From Octopus sinensis (lineage: Eukaryota): a stretch of 64,000 bases of DNA. The translations under genes and the position numbers were made by a program. The DNA lies in contig NC_042998.1 in NCBI RefSeq assembly GCF_006345805.1, positions 139,128,001-139,192,000 on the forward strand, written 5' to 3'. Of this stretch, positions 1 through 8,391 are shown piece by piece. How positions within the stretch are numbered: the stretch's first letter is position 1; each line of letters opens with the position of its first letter. Below the pieces are notes generated by a model that did not search any database, was not told where the DNA came from, and was given only the letters and a program-made list of their open reading frames with translations.

Positions 1-574
1 TTTTCAAACTTTCTTTCATATATATGTGTGTGTGTGTGTATGTGTGTATATATATATATATACGTATAGCAACTTCTATTATATTCACTCTCTAATGTTA
101 TGTTACTCTCTGCAACTATCTATATAGCATTATAATTTTTTCAAACCGCTTACCTTGTCATTACATCTACACTTTTTTTTCTTTCTTGATTGTTCACTAA
201 CTGTCAAGTTTTATTCTTAGATGTATCCATAGTTCTTAAGTCCCAGACTTGCATTCAAACTAATTGTAATAAGTTATTTCTATCATAAGAATTCAAAAAT
301 TTTGAGAGACGTGAAATTATTTATTTTTTAATGCTTAAACTCAGCCCTCAGACAGCCTTCAATTTTTACTATCCAATGGGATTTTTTAGCCCATTATTTA
401 CACACTTATAGCTTTATCTACTTTTGAGTTCAACCAAATTAACTATAACATTTTTAACCACTGGAAGGAATACTGCATAAAGATACATAAAGATTAACCT
501 AGTTCAAATCTAGTAGAGATTATTTACTCATCTAATGATAGTTAAAGATCAAACCTGTCAAAATGTAATCTCAT

Positions 575-2345
575 CCTCATCATTTTTTTTTTCTGTTAGC
601 AATGGTTGGATGAGTCATTACAGTTCAAATCAGTTTTATTTAGAGCTACTGCTCTCTCCTAACTGGGTCAAAGGACCAGGTCTTGCTTGCATGTTTCATT
701 TTTAGTATGGTTTCTCTTGTTGGATGCCCTTCCTAACACCAACTGCTTAACAGTGTACTGGGTGCATTTTATCATGGCACCAGCACTACAGTGGTTGTCA
801 TATTCCCTGTAAGACTAAAGAGTCCTCTCCACCCTATGTCATTTTGTTTGTTCAAGGCAAACTTGACTGAGAGAGAAATAGAGTGATAGGTGGGAAAGGA
901 TGGTAGGAGAGGGAGTAATGGAAGAGAAATATGATAGGCAGCTACATACTGATTATTGGTAAGGAGATTGAATAAGAAGCCTACATGAGAAGTTTAATGG
1001 ATAGCAAAATATGAATGATAGTAATGCAAAGCTAGCAGTAGATATGAGTAACAGTAAATGTGAGAGGTGGATGATGATGACTAGTGATAAAGTGGAGGAG
1101 AGAGCAAGCAAGTGATGGTAAGCAGTAAAGAAGGATGATGGTAGGGAATACTGGATACGGACAAAGCTAGTATCATCCCTTGTTACATATTTGTGCGATG
1201 GAAGAGGAGTGGAGTGATAAATAGGTGATTAAATAAGGACTGATTAATTGTCATCCATAGCTACATGTGGTACTGTGATACAGTGAATAAGAAGAGAAGA
1301 TAAATGGTAGATGAGAAAGTAACAAAGAGGGCAGTGGATGGAGATTTAATAGGAATATAATAGATGAGAAACTCAGTGTGGACATACATCCTCACTTCTA
1401 TTACTGCTATCATTTTAACAATATTTTGACCAGTGGTCAGATCATTTCCAGCACTTCATGTCACCATTCATCACTATTGTTTTTTGATATCTCGTTCAAG
1501 AGTGTCAGCTTCATCACTTCATCCTATCTTGTCCCCCTTTTCCATCAACTTTGAACACTCAACAATTCATTATACAACTATCACCTTCCATGTACCCAGC
1601 ACAGTCTTCTCTCTTGCATACTACATAAAGACACATGCAATTTTTCTTTCAGCTCATTTGTGCTCTGTTGTTCACACACATTAACATCACATATCCAATA
1701 GAGCATACTTACTTCATTTCTTTCTAACCATTACACATCTATATTGAAGGTCCATATTTTGCTGATATGCAGCATCATACTTTATGTATAAGCATTACAC
1801 AATTTACCCCTTACTCTGTTGCAAGCAGAGGTAACAGCTCCATGAACTTTTCCCACCCTGTTCTTACTATAGATACAATGCTTTTAGTATTCATCTCACT
1901 ACTAATTAGGTCATTTATACAACAAAAGCTATCAACTATCTCTAGGGAGTTGTTCAAACATTTCTTGGAATCATTTTATTAGTCTACCCACCTCCCCTAC
2001 CTTCATTTTCATAATTGTATTTGTGAACCTACTGTTTTCAGGCCCCTCTGTTGGATCTACTTGGAGTAGACCTTCTCTTTCCCATAAATTCTCCTTATTC
2101 AATAATTTTACATAAAAGCATTTCTATGCTTCTTTCTTTACAGTGTCAGTAAGGACAAGTTTGTCATTTACATTTCAAACATGCTTCTTCCTAACATTTC
2201 AGTCCTCTCTTGTGCACAGCTTTGCAATCTGGATTATTTCACACCCCTGTTCCTTGTGTCACAGAACATGTACAAACTTCGTTTTGTCAGCTTCTCCCTT
2301 TGTTAAACATATCTTACATCTAGCATCTCTTGTAGCAACTTGATA
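575..2345 (-). mobile_element. Old, decayed, internally deleted RTE-type LINE (antisense to TOM1)
   Basis: Reverse complement of ~2035-2345 aligns by eye to ~5905-6215 of the young RTE (..GEADK.KF...DPTEGP). ~1480-1965 aligns to ~7275-7790 (LEIVDSF...WEKFMELLPLL). ~575-790 is the shared RTE 3' tail. Many stops and frameshifts; boundaries approximate. Confidence 0.75.
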
Positions 2346-2454
2346 TTGTTAGATGTATGACTGTAAATATTGTAAGCATACATTCTAAATAAAAGATTCG
2401 CACTTATAATTTTAGCCACTAATCTCAGATATGTCATTTCTAACTCTCTCTCTT

Positions 2455-2465
2455 TATATATATAT

Positions 2466-2532
<67 letters not shown>
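2455..2532. repeat. (TA)n microsatellite (other TA/TG/CA tracts at ~19-61, 10613-10745, 26784-26824, 28605-28650, 57311-57347, 57615-57669, 60718-60768)
   Basis: Directly visible dinucleotide runs. Confidence 0.95.
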
Positions 2533-2573
2533 TCCTTATGTTTCTAATATATTTTCTCTTTTTCTTTTCTTAG

Positions 2574-2624
2574 CTGTCTGATAAAGAAGAAGACTTGAAG
2601 GAGATGGCACAATGGTTAGCCAGT
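2574..2624 (+). CDS. TOM1: TOM1/TOM1L2-like gene, internal coding exon (LSDKEEDLKEMAQWLAS)
   Basis: Polypyrimidine tract + TAG acceptor, GTAAGT donor, 51 nt, phase 0-0. Resembles the acidic 'D..E.WL' segment near the TOM1-family C-terminus and joins in frame to the next two exons. Confidence 0.8.
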
Positions 2625-3522
2625 GTAAGTCCCTCTTCATGATTTTGTGTGTGTTTAATATCTGGATAACCTAGCTACAGTCTGATGCCTGTAATCAGTA
2701 AAATGTGTTGTTTTATAGGTACCTTCATGCATACCAATTGAAATGTCTATGCACACATCACTTTGACATTTACTATTAAGTCACACTTTCACATCTGTTG
2801 TCTATTATCAATTTCACATACTTAATCTATGTGTTGTTAAATGCTTTTAGCTGCAGTATTTCATCTATGGGAAATCCTTTTGAAGACTTACAGCATTAAA
2901 AAAGAAAAAAAAACTGTATACTTCAAAGCTAGGCAAATCAAAACCATCCTAGAAGTAAATGAGAAAGGCATTTATCAATATTTTGCAGTATTTTCTGCTC
3001 ATCAATGCCATATACTTGCCTCATTTATAGTGGAAAAAAAGTTTTAAAGTATTAAATATAATAACCAAATGTTTTGCAACCAAGTTGAACAACTTTTACT
3101 CTGGTTTCCTCAAAACATATTAACCCTTTTGTTACCAAATTTCTATTGGCATATTCTCTCTTCGTTTCAATAATTTTGAATATATTGAAATAAAATGGTC
3201 GTTTTTAATATAAATAATATCTGTTTTAATAATGGCAGGTAACTGCTACTAATAGATTGGATCTACTACATAAGTGGTTTAAACAAATCTGGTTTTTTGT
3301 TAACAACTGACATCTTGACCTATCTTTATTAAAGGAACACATTTAATTCTATGTTGCAGTTAAAAATATCATTACTTTTGTTTTTTAAAAAATGCCAGAA
3401 TTTTATGTATTTTTATAATATATACACACATAGATATATAATTCATATATTCTTTAATAGTATGTTGCAGTTGAAAATATTTTTGTTTTTTTTTTAAATG
3501 TCAAAATTTTATATATTAATAG

Positions 3523-3556
3523 GATGGACAAGCTACAGAATCCATAAGCAGTTCAG
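3523..3556 (+). CDS. TOM1: TOM1-like gene, 34-nt coding micro-exon (DGQATESISSS+g)
   Basis: TAG acceptor, GTTAGT donor, phase 0-1. The leftover G + AG of the next exon makes Glu, giving ...ESISSSEFDKFLQER, which matches TOM1-family 'EGVTSEEFDKFLEER'. Confidence 0.8.
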
Positions 3557-4396
3557 GTTAGTTAACTATTTTATAAACATAATCCATATTTCTACTGTTA
3601 ATATGAAACATTTTTTCAACTGTTTCCATTCACATTTCTACTTACTTCTTTGTTTTATATGTTACTTTTCAAATGATGGGATTGTTGTCTTAACAATTTT
3701 AGTACATAACAAACTTGGGATTAAGTAAAAATACTGACTTAATTGTTATTCAAGTCAGCAAACTGGTAACAGTGTTAGAGTGTGGGATGGAATGTCTTAC
3801 AGCATTTAATTTGATTTTGTGTTCTAAGTTCAAATCCTGTTGAGGTCAACAATAATTACCTTTCATCCATTGACTAGCAAAACTGTGAAATGATAAAGAA
3901 AGATATCTTGCAGCATCTGTTCTGGCTCTTTACATTCTGACAATAATATTTGCAATGATACTGACATCAAGCTGTATCGGCCCAAGTCAGTGGCCTTTCC
4001 CTTGAATAAACACCAATGATGTGATACGAGGAGACTTGCATGTATGAACTGCACAGGTCTGCATATACATGAAAATTGTGGAAAATTAACAGCAGAAATT
4101 ATTTGAATAACCACAAAAATCCGGTTCTATTAGATTTTTCTCTTTTTATTTTGCTCTACAATCTTTCATTTGCTTTCTTTTATTTGTTTGTGCTGCTTGC
4201 CACACTACATTGTTTGCAGCAAGAATCAAAACAGTGTTCGATTTATCTCGTCCCTCTTCTCGATTCTACATCTTGCTGACAAAACACTGACTCGAAAAAT
4301 GACCAGCTAAGCGAATTTAACTTACAACCTGTCATTCATATTCATTTTTTAAGCGTTGATTCGTAACTCTAAATCCCGTTTCTCTATTATTTATTT

Positions 4397-4658
4397 CGCC
4401 ATCTTGTATGCATGGCTTCCTGTCTGTCATGCATTTTAAATTCCTCCTTTAATTTCAGTGTCATCCCGTTATTATTCCATTCCCAGAATTCACTACAATA
4501 CTCTCTCTCTCTCCTATTTATATTATGTTTTACTCGAACCCCGAAGTTTCTAGATGTTCAGTAATTTCTGTCGCAGAAAATTCCCTACGTATTAACTTAA
4601 AACCTGTTGTTCCTTCGAGGTGACCCCGCCCTCCCACCCATCCACCAGAACCGGAAGT
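4397..4658 (+). promoter_or_regulatory. Candidate internal promoter motifs in the RTE 5' leader
   Basis: CGCCATCTTG (YY1 consensus, 4397-4406), CCCCGCCC (GC box, 4624-4631) and ACCGGAAGT (ETS consensus, 4650-4658) in a CpG-retaining segment. Motif match only. Confidence 0.4.
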
Positions 4659-4770
4659 TTCTGTTTTCTATCTTTCTTGACCCCCCCCCCGCACCCCTAT
4701 GTAGGGTTTATTGTGATCATATAGCGCAAAAACTGTGAAATTTATGCAGGTTGTAGTCTAGAGTCTCAGT

Positions 4771-7700
4771 ATGATATCTGGCAAATGCAAGCTTTCTTTT
4801 CAGGTACATAACACTGCTGTCCCTCATCCCAGGGTCTCAGAGGCCCACACCTCCCACACCCTCATGGTGGGCACACTGAAAGGTAGGTCTGGCGAGATAG
4901 TCGAGATGCTTGAACGGAGACGTGTTGATGTATGTTGTATGCAAGAAATAAGGTGGAGAGGAGGATCTGCTAGGGTCCTCACAGGCAAGGAACACAGGTA
5001 CAAGATTTTCTGGGCAGGGAACACTGACGGGGTTGGTGGCGTGGGTATACTTATCGCTGAGAAATGGATAGATAGAGTAATTGAGGTAATCAGAGTAAGT
5101 GACAGAATACTTAAGATTAGAATAGTGCTTCATAATAGATTAGCAACCATTATATCGGCCTATGCCCCTCAGCCAGGGCTACCCGATGGACAGAAAGACA
5201 GTTTCTATGACACCCTACTGCAGACCACCTCATTGACGAACGACAGGGACCTTCTCTTTGTGGCTGGTGATTTCAATGGGCATGTTGGACGACATGCTGG
5301 GGGCTTCCATGGCGTACATGGAGGCTACGGTTATGGTTCCCGCAACGAGGAGGGAACCAGGCTGCTGGAGTTCTGCGATGCGAATAGTCTTATGGTCTGC
5401 AACACTAACTTCAGGAAACCAACAAGCCACCTGGTCACCTACCGATCGGGCCGGCATACTAGCCAAATCGACTACATCCTTGCCAGAAAAAGGGAAAGAT
5501 GGCTGCTTATAAATGTCAAAACCTTCCCAGGCGAAGAATGCACCCCACAACATAGACTGGTAGTTAGTGACTTTAGGATCAGGACTAAGAGGGCGACTAG
5601 AAGACGACCAACATGGAGAAGAAGGGTCTGGAAGCTTAAAGACCCTGCGAATGGACAGAGATTTAGAGATATGTTACTTGAAGCCTTTGACGAAGTGGAA
5701 GGGGGTATAGCTACACATGGGGTAGAAGACAACTGGACGTTTCTGAGGGACAACCTGCTGAAAGCCGCTGACCAGATCTGTGGCTGGTGCAAAGTCCCCT
5801 TAAGACCCAAAATAACGTGGTGGTGGAACAATATTGTTGACAGGGCTATTAGACAAAAGAAACAGGCTTGGAAGGCCTGGAAGAACGGTGGTAGCAGGGA
5901 AGGGTATCAGACTGCCAGAAGGGAAGCTAGGAGACAGGTCTATCTAGCCAGAGGGGAAGCAGATAAGAGAAAATTTGCCAATGTCCTGCGCCGTGAGGAT
6001 GAAAGACTTGAGGTATTTCGTGTTGCAAGACAGTGTGTGAGAGAGAATCGTGATGTGGTAGGAGAGAAATGTGTTCGCATGGAGGATGGTTCACTTGCGC
6101 TAAATGAGGATGCAAAGAGAGAAGCTTGGAGACGCCACTATGAAAGGTTGCTGAATGAGGAAAATGAATGGGATAAAGAGAGTCTGCCGAATGTTGACCC
6201 TACAGAGGGACCAGCTATCCGAGTTGATAGTTCCGTGGTAGCTAAGGCAATTAGAAGCATGAAGACAGGGAAAGCCCCAGGCCCATCAGAAATTACTGCA
6301 GAGATGCTCAAAATATCTGGCAGTGTCGGCTATAACCTAGTCAACCAGGTGATACACGAAGGAGTCATACCCAATGACTGGTGCAGCAGCATACTAGTCA
6401 ACTGCTACAAAGGTAAAGGTGATGCCCTAGATACAAATAATTACAGAGGTATCAAGCTGTTGGATCAAGTAATGAAGGTTACGGAGAGGGTCATAGCCCA
6501 ACTAATTAGAGAGAGAGTTAGTTTAGATGAGATGCAGTTTGGGTTCGTGCCAGGGAAAAGTACCACTGATGCTATATTCCTGGTAAGGCAGCTGCAGGAG
6601 AAATACCTAGCCAAAGATAAGCCCCTGTACCTGGCTTTCGTTGACATGGAGAAAGCTTTTGATAGGGTCCACCGATCCCTTATCTGGTGGTCAATGAGGA
6701 AACTAGGGATAGATGAATGGCTGGTGAGGACTGTGCAAGCCATGTACAGAGATGCCGTAAGTAAGGTTAGGGTTGGCAACATGTACACAGAAGAATTCAA
6801 AGTAGAGGTTGGGGTCCACCAGGGTTCGGTACTCAGCCCCCTCCTATTTATCATAGTACTCCAGGCAATTACGGAGGAATTCAAGACAGGCTGTCCCTGG
6901 GAGCTCCTCTACGCTGACGACCTTGCTCTTATTGCTGAGTCACTATCAGAACTGGAGGAGAAGTTCCAGGTGTGGAAGGAGGGTTTAGAATCAAGGGGCC
7001 TTAGAGTCAACCTAGCTAAAACCAAAGTACTAATAAGTAGGAAGGTAGACAATCCACAAATATCTTCAGGAAGATGGCCCTGCTCGATCTGTAGAAAAGG
7101 TGTAGGTAGAAACTCTATAAGATGTACCCAGTGTAAGCTATGGACACATAAGAGGTGCAGCAATGTCAAAGGTAGGCTAACTGGGAAGATAGTTTTTGTA
7201 TGTGGCAGATGCTCGGGAGCATTAACCTCCGAAAATCTGCAGAAAACAACTTCCGTCACTTTCCAGGGGGAAAAACTAGAAGTAGTTGATAGCTTCCGTT
7301 ATCTAGGTGACCAAGTCAGTAGTGGGGGTGGGTGCGCTGAAAGTGTAACTGCTAGAATAAGAATAGCCTGGGCAAAGTTTAGGGAGCTCTTACCTCTGCT
7401 GGTGACTAAAGGCCTCTCGCTCAGAGTAAAAGGCAGACTGTATGATGCGTGTGTACGAACAGCCATGCTACATGGCAGCGAAACATGGGCCGTGACTGCT
7501 GAGGACATGCGTAAGCTCGTGAGGAATGAAGCCAGTATGCTCCGATGGATGTGTAATGTTAGTGTACATACTCGACAGAGCGTTAGCACCTTGAGAGAAA
7601 TGTTGTACCTAAGAAGCATCAGTTGTGGTGTGCAAGAGAGACGATTGCGCTGGTATGGTCATGTGGCGAGAATGGATGAAGATAGGTGTGTGAGAAAGTG

Positions 7701-7818
7701 CCAATCCCTAGCAGTTGAGGGAACCCGTGGAAGAGGTAGACCCAGGAAAACCTGGGACGAGGTGGTGAAGCACGACCTTCGAACTTTAGGCCTCACTGAG
7801 GAAATGACCAGCGACTGA
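4771..7818 (+). CDS. RTE ORF: APE endonuclease + reverse transcriptase with inserted C4HC3 (PHD-like) finger, 1015 aa
   Basis: EN motifs MQE, SAYAPQ, GDFNGH, IDYIL. RT motifs KAPGP, NYRGIKLL, QFGF, FVDMEKAFD, GVHQGSVLSP, YADD (6910-6921), FRYLG. RTE-type C-terminal 'LRWYGHVARM...RGRGRPRKTW'. True start codon uncertain. Confidence 0.92.
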   Translation: MISGKCKLSFQVHNTAVPHPRVSEAHTSHTLMVGTLKGRSGEIVEMLERRRVDVCCMQEIRWRGGSARVLTGKEHRYKIFWAGNTDGVGGVGILIAEKWIDRVIEVIRVSDRILKIRIVLHNRLATIISAYAPQPGLPDGQKDSFYDTLLQTTSLTNDRDLLFVAGDFNGHVGRHAGGFHGVHGGYGYGSRNEEGTRLLEFCDANSLMVCNTNFRKPTSHLVTYRSGRHTSQIDYILARKRERWLLINVKTFPGEECTPQHRLVVSDFRIRTKRATRRRPTWRRRVWKLKDPANGQRFRDMLLEAFDEVEGGIATHGVEDNWTFLRDNLLKAADQICGWCKVPLRPKITWWWNNIVDRAIRQKKQAWKAWKNGGSREGYQTARREARRQVYLARGEADKRKFANVLRREDERLEVFRVARQCVRENRDVVGEKCVRMEDGSLALNEDAKREAWRRHYERLLNEENEWDKESLPNVDPTEGPAIRVDSSVVAKAIRSMKTGKAPGPSEITAEMLKISGSVGYNLVNQVIHEGVIPNDWCSSILVNCYKGKGDALDTNNYRGIKLLDQVMKVTERVIAQLIRERVSLDEMQFGFVPGKSTTDAIFLVRQLQEKYLAKDKPLYLAFVDMEKAFDRVHRSLIWWSMRKLGIDEWLVRTVQAMYRDAVSKVRVGNMYTEEFKVEVGVHQGSVLSPLLFIIVLQAITEEFKTGCPWELLYADDLALIAESLSELEEKFQVWKEGLESRGLRVNLAKTKVLISRKVDNPQISSGRWPCSICRKGVGRNSIRCTQCKLWTHKRCSNVKGRLTGKIVFVCGRCSGALTSENLQKTTSVTFQGEKLEVVDSFRYLGDQVSSGGGCAESVTARIRIAWAKFRELLPLLVTKGLSLRVKGRLYDACVRTAMLHGSETWAVTAEDMRKLVRNEASMLRWMCNVSVHTRQSVSTLREMLYLRSISCGVQERRLRWYGHVARMDEDRCVRKCQSLAVEGTRGRGRPRKTWDEVVKHDLRTLGLTEEMTSD

Positions 7819-7950
7819 GACCTTTGGAAATATTCTGTACGTGAGAAGACCAGGCAGGACAAGTGAGCCCAGCCCACTTATGAATGCCTTTCCTCCCTTG
7901 GACACAAAGACCTGTTGAGGCAAGCAAAGTCGATATAGAACCTCATCCGA

Positions 7951-8391
7951 CGACAGACACCCATGCCAACACCCCATGCTTGCGAAGACATGTTGGGGCA
8001 AGCGAAACCGAATTGAACCAGCCAGGATCCCTGGCCTGGTGGTACGTAAAAAGCACTATCCGACTCGTGGCCGTGGCACGTAAAATACTCCAATGCGACC
8101 GTACGACAGGCACCCATGCCAACCCCCTTTGCTTGTGAAGACATGTTGGGGCAAGCGAAATCGAAATCGAATTGAACCAGCCAGGATCCCTGGTCTGGTA
8201 GTACGTAAAAAGCACTATCCGACTCGTGGCCGTGGCACGTAAAATACTCCAATGCGACCGTACGACAGGCACCCATGCCAACCCCCTTTGCTTGTGAAGA
8301 CATGTTGGGGCAAGCGAAATCGAAATCGAATTGAACCAGCCAGGATCCCTGGTCTGGTGGTACGTAAAAAGCACTATCCGACTCGTGGCCG
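7951..8391 (+). repeat. Tandem 153/159-bp repeats in the RTE 3' UTR (about 2.8 copies)
   Basis: Near-identical units start at 7951, 8104 and 8263. A degenerate partial unit precedes them at ~7885-7940. Confidence 0.92.

Noticed and set aside
4233-4770. HDV-like ribozyme at the RTE 5' end (known for some RTEs)
   Set aside because: I could not identify the nested double-pseudoknot pairings by eye. A motif search would be needed.
4824-7877. Multiple minus-strand ORFs overlapping the RTE ORF
   Set aside because: Shadow ORFs of a GC-richer coding sequence.
7951-8391. Possible CRISPR-like array
   Set aside because: Whole units are repeated with no unique spacers, the context is eukaryotic, and there are no cas genes.
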